Assembly (NCBI GenBank): GCA_963718045.1
Contig: OY970350.1
Span: 690,001 to 722,000, forward strand
Direction: 5' to 3'
DNA from: Candidatus Saccharimonadota bacterium
Lineage (GTDB): Bacteria > Patescibacteriota > Saccharimonadia > Saccharimonadales > UBA4665
Length of the DNA stretch: 32,000 bases
Shown here one piece after another: positions 16,097-25,433 of this stretch. A program made the translations under genes and the position numbers. Below the pieces are notes generated by a model. The model saw nothing but the letters and a program-made list of their open reading frames with translations. It was not told where the DNA came from and did no database searches. The first letter of the stretch is position 1. The number at the start of each line of letters is the position of its first letter.

Positions 16097-17605
16097 CTAT
16101 TTAGCAAATTCAACTGCTCTAGTTTCACGGATAACATTTACTTTTATTGTACCCGGATACTGCATAGTTGATTCAATTTTAGTAGCTATGTCTCTGGCTA
16201 ATTTAATAGCCGACAGATCATCTATTTGTTTAGGCTGAACAAAGACTCTGACTTCTCGTCCGGCACTAATTGCGTAGGTCTTCTCAATACCTGTAAAGCT
16301 ATTGGCGACATTTTCTAGATCTTTCATTCGTTCCACAAAGTTCTCAGCGCTAATATTTCTAGCTCCTGGCCTTGAAGCACTAATAGCATCGACTACCCTA
16401 ATTATTAAGGCTTCAACACTAGTTGCCTCCATGTCGTCATGGTGCTGTTCAGCAGCTAATGCTACTTCTTCTGGAGCACCATATTTTCTAAGGATTTCAC
16501 CGGATATGTGGTGGTGTTTGCCTTCCATTTTATGAGTTAGAGCCTTACCTATATCGTGGACCAGAGCAGCATATTTAGCTGTTTTGACGTTAGCGTCAAC
16601 TTCTTCAGCTATAATACCGGCCATGTGAGCCATTTCAGTGCTGTGCTTTAAGACATTTTGGCCATAACTTGTACGGTACTTAAGTTCACCAAGTAGGTGC
16701 AGTATTTCTTTGGGTATACCGATGATGCCTACTTCCCGGGCGGCATCTTCACCGGCTCTGACAACTTCCTTCTCGACATTCTTCTGAGCCTTATCGACTA
16801 CTTCTTCAATGCGACCTGGGTGGATGCGGCCATCCTTCATGAGCATTTCCATAGCTTGGCGGGCAACTTCCCGTCTGACTGGGTCAAAGCTGCTTAAGAC
16901 AACGTAACCGGGCGTGTCGTCAACCATTATATCGACGCCGGTAGCTCGCTGTAAGGCCTGGATGTTCCGGCCTTCTTTGCCGATTATCCGGCCCTTCATT
17001 TCCTCGTCTTCAAGTTTGATCGAGGTAATTGTTCTCTCGGCAGTTACCTCACTAGCCATTCTTTCCATGGCTGTAGTGATAATCAGACCGGCTTGTTCGT
17101 CGGCGTTTTCCCGTGCTTCATTTTGCAGTTTGCTAACTAAACCTATGAGGTCATTTTTAATATCTTTTTCAGTCATTTGCATGAGCTTCTCGGCAGCCTC
17201 AGCTTTTGTAAGACCGGCTATCTTTTCTAATTTATCCTGCTGTTTGACACGGATGTCTCTGATTTCATTCTTGAGCTGTTCGATCTCATCTTCTGAAGCG
17301 CGTACTCTTTCCGTTCTTTTGTCTATCTCGTCCAGTTTTTTATCTAATGTGTCTTCCCTGGTAACTAAACGGGCTTCAATATCTTTAAGTTCTTTTCGTC
17401 TTAACTGCTCTTCTCTTCTGGTTTCTTCAACTGATCTATTTGCCTCTTCTTTGGCTTCGTCAACTAACTTGGTCGCTTCTTTTTTGGCTTTTTCCAGTTC
17501 CTTTTTGGCATCAGCCTCAGCACTACTCATACGGTTTTTTGATATAACCATATTGGCACCAAAGCCAATAGCAAGCCCAACTATCGCGAATACGATGTAT
17601 AGCAT
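16097..17605 (-). CDS. rny: Ribonuclease Y
   Basis: N-terminal TM helix, long Glu/Lys coiled coil, KH domain (KGRIIGKEGRNIQALQRATGVDIMVDD), HD domain (HSTEMAHMAGIIA...LVHDIGKA). AGGGGGA Shine-Dalgarno. Confidence 0.95.
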   Translation of the reverse strand: MLYIVFAIVGLAIGFGANMVISKNRMSSAEADAKKELEKAKKEATKLVDEAKEEANRSVEETRREEQLRRKELKDIEARLVTREDTLDKKLDEIDKRTERVRASEDEIEQLKNEIRDIRVKQQDKLEKIAGLTKAEAAEKLMQMTEKDIKNDLIGLVSKLQNEARENADEQAGLIITTAMERMASEVTAERTITSIKLEDEEMKGRIIGKEGRNIQALQRATGVDIMVDDTPGYVVLSSFDPVRREVARQAMEMLMKDGRIHPGRIEEVVDKAQKNVEKEVVRAGEDAAREVGIIGIPKEILHLLGELKYRTSYGQNVLKHSTEMAHMAGIIAEEVDANVKTAKYAALVHDIGKALTHKMEGKHHHISGEILRKYGAPEEVALAAEQHHDDMEATSVEALIIRVVDAISASRPGARNISAENFVERMKDLENVANSFTGIEKTYAISAGREVRVFVQPKQIDDLSAIKLARDIATKIESTMQYPGTIKVNVIRETRAVEFAK

Positions 17606-17798
17606 ACATCCCCCTTTATATCAGGTACGGCTAAATAAGAAAGCTCGCTATCACTTCTCTAGTTTCTTAAGTCTTACCCATTAAATCTAATAACAATGTA
17701 GTCTCTCGGATTTGTCGCTTGAATAATATAAAACGATAATTCCTTAGCTTCCAATATACCTTTTTATTACCAACCTAGCAATAAGTTCGTTTTTTAAG

Positions 17799-18191
17799 TC
17801 ATTTCTTTGCCTGAGTTATGTGAGGTTCGGCGCCGTAAAATGGTATGACAATTTTATCGTTCTTGTTTGCTTGCAGTTTAGTGACACCACTTTCTAACCA
17901 GTTATCTCCATACCCGCCAATAATTGGAACCATCAGACTGTAAGCTAGACTATTAGCAACTGTTAGGCCGATCCTAAGTCCCGTAAAGCTGCCTGGGCCC
18001 TTATATGCTACCAGGCCTTCAATATCTGGCCAGTCTAAGTTTTGGTTTTTAAGCAGCTTGGATATTTGAAGGTGAATTGTTCTAGCTAAATCCTGGTGGG
18101 CCAGGTATTTTATATGATCTAGCTTTTTATGGTCATTTAATAACCAGAATTCACTTTCGGGCTGGTCGGTTTTAATGGCTAGAATGATCAT
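17799..18191 (-). CDS. tsaB: TsaB-like protein (t6A synthesis), N-terminal half only, 130 aa
   Basis: ILAIKTD..., GPGSFTGLRIGLTVANSLAYSL motif. ATGA overlap with the upstream tsaE. Confidence 0.7.
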   Translation of the reverse strand: MIILAIKTDQPESEFWLLNDHKKLDHIKYLAHQDLARTIHLQISKLLKNQNLDWPDIEGLVAYKGPGSFTGLRIGLTVANSLAYSLMVPIIGGYGDNWLESGVTKLQANKNDKIVIPFYGAEPHITQAKK

Positions 18192-18646
18192 TTTAGTCCT
18201 TTGGCTACGTACTTTAAGTCTTTGGTATATTTAATGCTTAATCTGCGGCTCTCTATATCCGGCGACTGTATCTTAATAACAATGTGTTCATTAGGTAGAA
18301 CACTTTCAACTACTTCTGGCCATTCGATAATAATGACATTACTTCGACTGCCTATTACTTCCTCGAGTTCTCGGCGAACAATGCCTGGATCACTTAAACG
18401 GTAAAAGTCAAAGTGGTAGATTTTGAATTTAGAGCAAGGGTATTCATTGCAGATGGTAAAGCTGGGGCTTGATACTAATTCTTTGCTGCCAGCACCTTCT
18501 GCGATGCCTTTAACTAAGGTAGTTTTACCGCTGCCAAGGTCAGAAGCTAACTCGATTATTTCGCCGCCGTTTAAGTTTTCACCAAGTATACGCCCGAGTT
18601 TAACGGTCTCTTCTGACGACTTGGTGGTTAGTGTTAGTTGATGCAT
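18188..18646 (-). CDS. tsaE: tRNA threonylcarbamoyladenosine biosynthesis ATPase TsaE
   Basis: Walker A LGSGKTTLVKGI, SPSFTICNEY, HFDFYRL motifs. TGA stop overlaps the tsaB ATG. Confidence 0.85.
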   Translation of the reverse strand: MHQLTLTTKSSEETVKLGRILGENLNGGEIIELASDLGSGKTTLVKGIAEGAGSKELVSSPSFTICNEYPCSKFKIYHFDFYRLSDPGIVRRELEEVIGSRSNVIIIEWPEVVESVLPNEHIVIKIQSPDIESRRLSIKYTKDLKYVAKGLK

Positions 18647-18711
18647 ATTATTCTTCTATTTAAAGTGTAACTTAAAGTAGCTGACTTTGTCAGAAGCGGT
18701 ATACTTAAAAT

Positions 18712-19230
18712 ATGCTAATTTTAAGCCGTGATCTAATAAACAAAAAGGTTTTGTCCCTTAGGACTAATGCCCCGATTGCGGCAATAGTAAGACCAATAAT
18801 TAACCCTAATAATCTTAAGATTGAAGGCTTCTATTGTCAGGACAGATATTCTAAAAACAAGCTCATACTGCTTGCCCAAGATATTAGAGAAACTCTGCCC
18901 GCCGGCTATATTGTTAACGATCATGATGTCCTAACGCCACCGGAAGATCTGGTCAGGTTAAAAGAAGTGCTTACTATTAACTACGACCCGATGGGCAAAC
19001 AGGTTGAATCTCTCTCCGGAGAAAAAATCGGCAAGGTACACGACTACGCTGGTGAGATTGAAACCATGTATATCCAAAAGATTTATGTAGCCCAGCCCCT
19101 GTACAAAAATTTTAGCGGCGGCAGTTTAATAATTGACCGCAGCCAGATAAATGAGATTACGCCTAAGAGAATAATTATTAATGATAACCTTGAAACTGTT
19201 CCGGTCCAGGCTAAGGCCAGTATTATCTAG
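18712..19230 (+). CDS. Hypothetical protein with two PRC-barrel-like segments
   Basis: LINKKVLSLRTNAPIAAIVRPIINPNNLKIEGFY and MGKQVESLSGEKIGKVHDYAGEIETMYIQKIYV resemble PRC-barrel repeats. TATACT -10 (18700-18705) lies 6 nt before the ATG, with no Shine-Dalgarno. Confidence 0.45.
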   Translation: MLILSRDLINKKVLSLRTNAPIAAIVRPIINPNNLKIEGFYCQDRYSKNKLILLAQDIRETLPAGYIVNDHDVLTPPEDLVRLKEVLTINYDPMGKQVESLSGEKIGKVHDYAGEIETMYIQKIYVAQPLYKNFSGGSLIIDRSQINEITPKRIIINDNLETVPVQAKASII

Positions 19231-19835
19231 TATTCGTCAGCCGGATAACTCATAGCCTTTTTAACATCACCGTAGTTAAAGCCGTTCCTAACCAGGTACT
19301 GCATTAGTTTTAAATCATCCTGGTATTTGGGCTGCCGTCTTTTTATGGCAATTAGTTTTTTTAGGTTGTCTTCATCAGATATCTGGTCGTTATTTAAACT
19401 CCTGCTGATTATGTCTTCAGCTATGTGCTTCTTTTTAAGCTCGTAGGCTATTTTTCTTTTTGAAGCAGGTGTGAGCAGAAGTTTGTCGTGAATAAAGGCT
19501 TCAACAAATCTTTCGTCGTCAATGAGGTTCATACGTTTGAGCCTTAATATAACTGCTTTTTGCTGGCTTAAGTTTGCCTGTTTTCGTTTCAGGTACTGCT
19601 TCAACTCATCTTCACTCCTCAAACGGACACTTAAATATTTAAGAGCTTTTAAATAGAGTTCGTCGTCACTAGACAGGTTTTTTATTTCCTGAACTCTTTC
19701 GCCCTCTATCTCCTGGCCAACATTAAGTCCAAGTTCAAGAATAGATTGGCCAGATAAAAAGAGTTTTAACGTGCCGTCTAAAAAGATGGCAAACTTGTCT
19801 TCCTTACCAACCTTGGCAATCCTAGTTATTCGCAT
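19227..19835 (-). CDS. recX: Recombination regulator RecX
   Basis: Helical-repeat protein directly downstream of recA with a TAATG stop/start overlap. YLSVRLRSEDELKQYLKRK-type RecX repeats. Confidence 0.8.
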   Translation of the reverse strand: MRITRIAKVGKEDKFAIFLDGTLKLFLSGQSILELGLNVGQEIEGERVQEIKNLSSDDELYLKALKYLSVRLRSEDELKQYLKRKQANLSQQKAVILRLKRMNLIDDERFVEAFIHDKLLLTPASKRKIAYELKKKHIAEDIISRSLNNDQISDEDNLKKLIAIKRRQPKYQDDLKLMQYLVRNGFNYGDVKKAMSYPADEY

Positions 19836-20839
19836 TACTCTTCTTTAGAGGCTTCGAGGGTAACAGCTTTAGCTAGTTCTTCCATGACTTTAGGATGGGC
19901 ATCCAGATAGCTCTTGGTTGCTTCCCGTCCCTGGCCAATCTTTTCGCCCTTATATGCATACCAGGCGCCAGATTTTTCAACTATATCTCGATTTGCAGCC
20001 AAGTCTAGGATGTCACCCGATCTGGATATGCCTTCGTTATACATGATGTCAAACTCGGCTTCTTTAAAAGGCGGTGCTATCTTGTTTTTAACAACCTTGA
20101 CTTTAGTGCGGTTACCAATGACTTTGTCGCCCTGCTTAATTTGGCCAATGCGCCTGATGTCCATTCGGACCGAAGCATAGAATTTTAGGGCATTACCGCC
20201 GGCGGTTGTTTCCGGGTTGCCGAACATAACGCCAATCTTCATTCGTATTTGGTTGATGAAAATAACAGTTGTATTAGAGCGGCTTATAACACCAGTCAGC
20301 TTTCTAAGAGCCTGGCTCATAAGTCTGGCTTGCAGCCCGGGCAGAGAATCGCCCATATCGCCCTCTATTTCAGCTCTCGGAACAAGTGCCGCAACGGAGT
20401 CAATGACAACTGTATCGACAGCGTTTGATCTGACTAAGGTTTCGGCTATTTCAAGAGCCTGCTCACCGTTGTCCGGCTGGCTTAGCAATAGGTTGTCGAT
20501 ATCTACACCGATTCTTTTAGCATAGGAAGGGTCAAGGGCGTGTTCGGCATCAATGAAAGCGGCATTGCCGCCCATCCTTTGAGCCTGGGCGATAACATGC
20601 AGAGTAAGAGTTGTTTTACCGGAGCTCTCAGGGCCGTATATTTCAACGACTCGGCCTCTTGGCAGTCCGCCACCTAAGGCTAAATCTAGAGACAGTGATC
20701 CAGTCGGAATTGTTTCTACTACCGCGTGAGGTGATTCACCTAGTTTCATAATCGAGCCCTTGCCAAATTGTTTTTCAATTTGATCTAGAGCTAGTCCAAG
20801 AGCTTTAGTTTTATCTTCACGTACTTTACTGTCACTCAT
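19835..20839 (-). CDS. recA: Recombinase RecA
   Basis: [13 protein letters not shown] Walker [28 protein letters not shown], loop 2 [37 protein letters not shown] Shine-Dalgarno. Confidence 0.98.
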   Translation of the reverse strand: MSDSKVREDKTKALGLALDQIEKQFGKGSIMKLGESPHAVVETIPTGSLSLDLALGGGLPRGRVVEIYGPESSGKTTLTLHVIAQAQRMGGNAAFIDAEHALDPSYAKRIGVDIDNLLLSQPDNGEQALEIAETLVRSNAVDTVVIDSVAALVPRAEIEGDMGDSLPGLQARLMSQALRKLTGVISRSNTTVIFINQIRMKIGVMFGNPETTAGGNALKFYASVRMDIRRIGQIKQGDKVIGNRTKVKVVKNKIAPPFKEAEFDIMYNEGISRSGDILDLAANRDIVEKSGAWYAYKGEKIGQGREATKSYLDAHPKVMEELAKAVTLEASKEE

Positions 20840-21056
20840 AACACCTCCATCAAAAAGATACTTGTACTATAACTGAACTTGCTGCCATAAATAAACTGCT
20901 TATGCTTTTTCAGATTTAATAATTGGACATATTACCAAGCTGCAACTTCTTAAGCCAGATTTAATGTTTAGATCTTACATTTTAAGGCTACCCGCTTGCT
21001 TATATTGCACTTATGGTAATAAAATATATTAAACGTGGGTTAAAGAGAAAGATCAA

Positions 21057-21536
21057 ATGATATCCTTACGTCATAAAGATAGTGGTTTTACGGTTATTGA
21101 ACTTCTGATCGTTATTGTCGTTATTGGCATTTTAGCCGCTATTGTTATCTCAACATACAGCGGGATACAGGTTAAAGAACATAATTCTAAAAGGCAAACG
21201 GACATTGTCGCTATCCAGACGCAGCTTGAAGCTTTCTATAGCCAGAATGGTTATTACCCATCGCTAAAAGATATAAACAGTGTAAGTTGGCGGGATAAAA
21301 ATATGCCTAATCTTAATACTTCAGATATGATTGATCCTTCAGCCGCTAACCAGAATGCGGCTGATGTAACCTTAGCCTCGGCACCGGCGCCTAAAGTCTA
21401 CTCCTATCAGGTAACGGATAGTAACGGTAATTCCTGCGAGTCGGTTGATACTAACTGTGCTAAATATACCCTGACGGCTACCTATCAGGGTAGTGTTAAC
21501 GGCCAGTCAACTTACGTTAAAAAGAACTTAGATTAA
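21057..21536 (+). CDS. Type IV pilin (class III signal peptide)
   Basis: Prepilin leader [10 protein letters not shown] followed by [21 protein letters not shown] (G/F cleavage site, Glu5). C-terminal Cys pair ([10 protein letters not shown]). Confidence 0.85.
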   Translation: MISLRHKDSGFTVIELLIVIVVIGILAAIVISTYSGIQVKEHNSKRQTDIVAIQTQLEAFYSQNGYYPSLKDINSVSWRDKNMPNLNTSDMIDPSAANQNAADVTLASAPAPKVYSYQVTDSNGNSCESVDTNCAKYTLTATYQGSVNGQSTYVKKNLD

Positions 21537-22540
21537 GTTAGCTTCAACTGCTCTATTCCCTTTAAGTGCTTAACTGCTCTGGGGGTTACTTTCCGGCCTC
21601 TTGGTGTTCTTTCAAGAAGGCCAATTTGCATTAGATAAGGTTCGATAAAGTCTTCAATGGTTGTTCTTTCTTCAGAGGTTATAGCAGCCAAGGTTTCAAC
21701 TCCTACCGGGCCGCCGTTATAGTGGTCAATAATAGCGTTAAGCAGGTCTCTGTCGACTGGGTCAAGCCCAATGTTGTCAATCTGAAGAAGATCAAGAGCT
21801 TGAGTAGCGATATCTGTGTCAATAATACCGTCACCATTCACATCGGCGTAGTCCCTGACTCTTTTTAGCAGACGATTGGCAACTCTAGGTGTCAGTCTGG
21901 CCCGGCTAGCTAAGATCTTAGGCGCCGACTTGTCTATTTTTACATTAAGAATCCTAGCTGCCCGTTTAATGATGGCTTCTATTTCTTCAGGCGTATAGAA
22001 ATCCAGGCGATGAATAATGCCAAAGCGGTCTCTAAGCGGTGATGCCAGCGAACCGACTCTGGTGGTGGCGCCAATGATTGTGAACTTGGGCAGATCAAGC
22101 CTTAGGGAGCGGGCACTTGGACCCTTGCCGACCATAATGTCTAATTTATAGTCTTCCATGGCTGGATAAAGCACTTCAGCAACTGAACGGTTAAGCCGGT
22201 GTATTTCGTCAATAAAAAGGATGTCCCGGTCGTTTAAATTAGTTAAAAGACTGGCTAGGTCTCCGGCTCTTTCTATGGCCGGCCCGGACGTAACTCTTAT
22301 CGGGGTATTCATTTCGTTAGCAATAACATTGGCCATAGTGGTTTTACCCAGTCCCGGCGGTCCATAAAGAAGAACATGATCTAGCGATTCATTTCTTTTA
22401 GTGGCTGCATCAATAGCAAGTTTAAGGTTCTGTTTTAAACGCGCCTGTCCGATATAGCTGGCAAAATCTCTAGGTCTTAAGGTATCTTCTAAAACCTTGT
22501 CATCTTCATCACTAACAGTGTTTGTTATTCTGTCAATCAT
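21533..22540 (-). CDS. ruvB: Holliday junction branch-migration ATPase RuvB
   Basis: [12 protein letters not shown] Walker [11 protein letters not shown] Walker B, conserved C-terminal winged helix. Confidence 0.97.
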   Translation of the reverse strand: MIDRITNTVSDEDDKVLEDTLRPRDFASYIGQARLKQNLKLAIDAATKRNESLDHVLLYGPPGLGKTTMANVIANEMNTPIRVTSGPAIERAGDLASLLTNLNDRDILFIDEIHRLNRSVAEVLYPAMEDYKLDIMVGKGPSARSLRLDLPKFTIIGATTRVGSLASPLRDRFGIIHRLDFYTPEEIEAIIKRAARILNVKIDKSAPKILASRARLTPRVANRLLKRVRDYADVNGDGIIDTDIATQALDLLQIDNIGLDPVDRDLLNAIIDHYNGGPVGVETLAAITSEERTTIEDFIEPYLMQIGLLERTPRGRKVTPRAVKHLKGIEQLKLT

Positions 22541-22572
22541 ATTATAAATTATGTCACTAAGACTACTTTAAG

Positions 22573-23157
22573 TCACTTATTGGCACCTTTTAGTGCCAGG
22601 TTTAATCGTTCATCGACAGGCAGATCAGGGTCAATTGATTTTAAGAAACTAAATGCTTCCTGCTCAGTGTAGCCAAGGCTGATTAAAGCCTGCATGGCTT
22701 CATCTGATTGATCGATCGCGCCGCGTAAGACTAAATCTTCGGCATCCGACGACGCTACTAAGCCAACTTTATCTCTAAGTTCAACAATAACTTGCTCAGC
22801 TGCTTTTTTACCAACACCCTTGGCGGACATTAAAAGGTTGATGTCGCCCGCGGCAATAGCGGATCTAATTTTAGTAGCCGGACCAATACTTAAAATAGCC
22901 AGGGCTACTTTAGGCCCAATGTTTTTTACGCTAATTAAGAGCTCAAACAGCTTTTTAGATTGTTCGTCAATAAAGCCGTATAGGTCAAATGCATCTTCCC
23001 TTATACTTTCATGGACAAAAAGCTTATATTTATCGCCGACTTTAAGTTCTTCAAATTCCTGGGCAGAGATAAATAGCTCATAGCCAACGCCATTAACTTC
23101 AATAACTGCCGAGTTAAGTGATTTATCCGTGATCACTCCAGCTAAACTTGCAATCAT
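22573..23157 (-). CDS. ruvA: Holliday junction DNA helicase subunit RuvA
   Basis: MIASLAGVI...VEVNGVGYELFIS OB domain, two HhH motifs (VKNIGPKVALAIL, AKGVGKKAAEQVI), domain III. Confidence 0.93.
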   Translation of the reverse strand: MIASLAGVITDKSLNSAVIEVNGVGYELFISAQEFEELKVGDKYKLFVHESIREDAFDLYGFIDEQSKKLFELLISVKNIGPKVALAILSIGPATKIRSAIAAGDINLLMSAKGVGKKAAEQVIVELRDKVGLVASSDAEDLVLRGAIDQSDEAMQALISLGYTEQEAFSFLKSIDPDLPVDERLNLALKGANK

Positions 23158-23171
23158 GGACTAATTATAAC

Positions 23172-23645
23172 TTAGAACCGGCTAACCATAGTATGGGTAA
23201 TGGCTGCCGCCAAGGCATCGGCACAGTCATCGGGCTTTGGCACTTCTTTTAGTCCTAGGGTAACTTTAACCATTTCCTGGATCTGCTTCTTATCTGCCCG
23301 GCCATAGCCGGTAAGTGACTGCTTTATTTGAAGCGGGGTGTATTCAAAAATATTAAGCCCCGCTTGCTGGCCGCAGAGCAGGACTACGCCTCTAGCTTGC
23401 GATACGGTCATAGCCGTAGTGACATTTTGGGCAAAGAATAACTTTTCAACCGACATAACAGTTGGTTTTGTTTCTTTAATAATTTTACTTAGCTCTAAAT
23501 ATATCGTTTCAAGTCTAACAGCATCGTCTTCTTTAACAGGTGTTCTGATAACACCGGCGTCAACTAATATTAGTTTGCCTTTGGCGGCGTCAATGACACC
23601 AAAGCCAAGAATGCCTGTGCCTGGGTCAATGCCAATTATTCGCAT
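23172..23645 (-). CDS. ruvC: Crossover junction endodeoxyribonuclease RuvC
   Basis: MRIIGIDPGT..., VEKLFF, PDDCADALAAAITH catalytic signature. Confidence 0.93.
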   Translation of the reverse strand: MRIIGIDPGTGILGFGVIDAAKGKLILVDAGVIRTPVKEDDAVRLETIYLELSKIIKETKPTVMSVEKLFFAQNVTTAMTVSQARGVVLLCGQQAGLNIFEYTPLQIKQSLTGYGRADKKQIQEMVKVTLGLKEVPKPDDCADALAAAITHTMVSRF

Positions 23646-23649
23646 GGTT

Positions 23650-24375
23650 TTAGCCTAACAATTGTTCGTCTATATCGAAATTAACAAAAGTATTGGTAAC
23701 ATCATCAAGATCTTCAAGCGCCTCCATTAGCCTCATTATTTTACCGGCCGTATCTTTATCTCCTATCTCAACCGTATTAATTGGCAAATAGGTAAGTTCA
23801 GCTTCAGTAATAGTTAAGTTGGCGTTTTTTAGGTTGTCTCTGACTTTAGATAAATCGCTTGGCGGACAATAGATAATTGTTTCATCATTTTCACTTACTA
23901 CATCACTAGCACCAGCTTCAATGGCCTTAAGTTCAATTGCTTCCCCTGTACCTTTTACCCGAATTAGACCTTTTCTTTCAAAATGGAAAGCTACAGCGCC
24001 TCGTTCAGCCATACTGCCGCCATGTTTAGTAAAAGCTAATCTAACCTCGGGATAAGTTCGGTTTAAATTGTCTGTGGCTGCTTCAATTAGAATAGCCACG
24101 CCGCCAGGACCATAACCTTCATAGGTTACTTCTTCAAGCTGGCTGGCTGACTTATCACGAACCCGGTCGATAGATCTCTCAATATTAGCCATCGGCATAT
24201 TGGCTGACCTTGCTTTATCTATAGCCAGCCTTAAAGCGAAGTTAGTTTCCGGATCAGTGCCATTTCTGGCGGCAATGGCAATAGCGTTGCCTAGTTTGGT
24301 GAATGTAGCACCACGGACGGCATCTTTAGCGCCTTTTGCGCGTTTAATCGTTGACCATTTTGAGTGACCGCTCAC
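23650..24375 (-). CDS. yebC: YebC/PmpR-family transcriptional regulator
   Basis: SGHSKWSTIKRAKGAKDAVRG N-terminus. GTG start with AAAGGAG Shine-Dalgarno. First gene of the yebC-ruvCAB operon. Confidence 0.93.
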   Translation of the reverse strand: MSGHSKWSTIKRAKGAKDAVRGATFTKLGNAIAIAARNGTDPETNFALRLAIDKARSANMPMANIERSIDRVRDKSASQLEEVTYEGYGPGGVAILIEAATDNLNRTYPEVRLAFTKHGGSMAERGAVAFHFERKGLIRVKGTGEAIELKAIEAGASDVVSENDETIIYCPPSDLSKVRDNLKNANLTITEAELTYLPINTVEIGDKDTAGKIMRLMEALEDLDDVTNTFVNFDIDEQLLG

Positions 24376-24507
24376 GATTTGCTCCTTTAGGCCCTTATAT
24401 TATTTAATTATACCTTGCTGGCGATATCTAAGGCGAGTGTAACTCAAATCTAGATTTAATTTGCCCATACAGATTTGTTTACTAAGCAGCACTTAAACAT
24501 ATAGTAT

Positions 24508-25386
24508 ATGTCGAGGGACTATATGATAGTTGCGCTGATTATCTTCTTTGCCATCATGGCAGCATTTATAAATGCTGAGTCTGCCGTGATACAGCGCTAT
24601 CAAACTGGCTCACCCCAGTCCCATGAGTTATTTAGGTCAGATTTTATTAAGAAATTAAGTAAAAATCCCAAGTGGATTGGCGGTGCCGGCCTTCAGGTTA
24701 TTGGTTTCTTTTTCCAGGCTGCCGCTCTTAGAAAAGGCTCGCTGCTTGTGGTTGAACCACTGCTCACGATTGATCTGGTTTTTATGATGCTAATTCTTCA
24801 CTTTTCTAAGCATGTTAGTGTAGGCAAACGTGAATGGGCGGCAATTGTTATGATATGTGCTGGTCTCTCTGGGATGCTGGCTAGCGCTAATCCAGTTTCC
24901 GGGAAAAAACCATATCAGCTGCCCAGGCTTACACTGTCGGTCATAATTATTGCCATCATTATTCTCATTGGCGTGTATGCCGTTAGACGGATAAAACAGA
25001 GTAATTACAGGGCACTGGCGGCGGGAGTAGCCGCCGGCTTTAGTTTTGCTTTGGTAGCCAGTTTTACCAAAATTGTTACCGGCGAGTTAAGCCAGGGTCT
25101 AGTTTACGTTTTTACCAACTGGCAATTGTGGGCTCTTTTATGTGTTGGTTTGGTGTCGGTCGTTATGGCCCAGAATGCCTATGGCTCTGGACCGGTAGCC
25201 ATATCCCAGCCAACAATGGAGATTATTGAACCGGTTATTAGTATTGCTTTAGGCATCTATATATTTGGCGATATGGTAAGCCTTGGTGCTCTTAATCTTT
25301 TCTTCGCCGTCATTTCAGCGGTCATTGCCGGATTAGGTATTGTGCTCTTAAGCCGCTCGAAAAAACTAGAAGCTGTTGAGATTTAG
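24508..25386 (+). CDS. Polytopic membrane protein, DMT-superfamily-like (about 9-10 TM). An alternative start at 24523 is possible.
   Basis: Hydrophobicity pattern only. A TATAGT -10-like hexamer ends 2 nt before ATG 24508, whereas ATG 24523 is preceded by GAGGGA with a 4-nt spacing. Confidence 0.45.
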   Translation: MSRDYMIVALIIFFAIMAAFINAESAVIQRYQTGSPQSHELFRSDFIKKLSKNPKWIGGAGLQVIGFFFQAAALRKGSLLVVEPLLTIDLVFMMLILHFSKHVSVGKREWAAIVMICAGLSGMLASANPVSGKKPYQLPRLTLSVIIIAIIILIGVYAVRRIKQSNYRALAAGVAAGFSFALVASFTKIVTGELSQGLVYVFTNWQLWALLCVGLVSVVMAQNAYGSGPVAISQPTMEIIEPVISIALGIYIFGDMVSLGALNLFFAVISAVIAGLGIVLLSRSKKLEAVEI

Positions 25387-25433
25387 ACCATTATTTTTAG
25401 ACCAAAAGCTAAAGTTAAGCTATAGTTATTTAG

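Noticed and set aside
16914-17684. 256-aa plus-strand ORF antisense to rny
   Set aside because: Its extreme Ser/Leu/Phe bias is the mirror image of the Glu/Lys-rich coiled coil of RNase Y (GAA/AAG codons read backwards). rny is unambiguous, so this is a typical shadow ORF. The same reasoning applies to the other antisense ORFs in the track, such as 3626-3964, 5715-5903, 10600-11502, 20217-20525, 28148-28665 and 30715-31068.
17606-17798. 193-bp region upstream of rny, considered as a structured 5' UTR or small RNA (a candidate TTGCTA-17-TATATT promoter would give a ~150-nt leader)
   Set aside because: No convincing conserved structure, terminator or known RNA motif could be identified by eye. 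The promoter assignment is one of several weak options.
20858-20880. Possible SOS/LexA box upstream of recA (atacttgtactataactgaac)
   Set aside because: It is not a real palindrome. Only a single GAAC half-site is present and there is no CTGT-N8-ACAG or GAAC-N4-GTTC arrangement. No lexA is in the window to support it.
20953-20989. Imperfect hairpin (AGCC...AATGT-ttagatctt-ACATT...GGCT) in the recA/pilin intergenic region, considered as a terminator or sRNA
   Set aside because: The stem has only 5 contiguous base pairs with a 9-nt loop, there is no U-tract on either strand, and neither flanking gene ends here.
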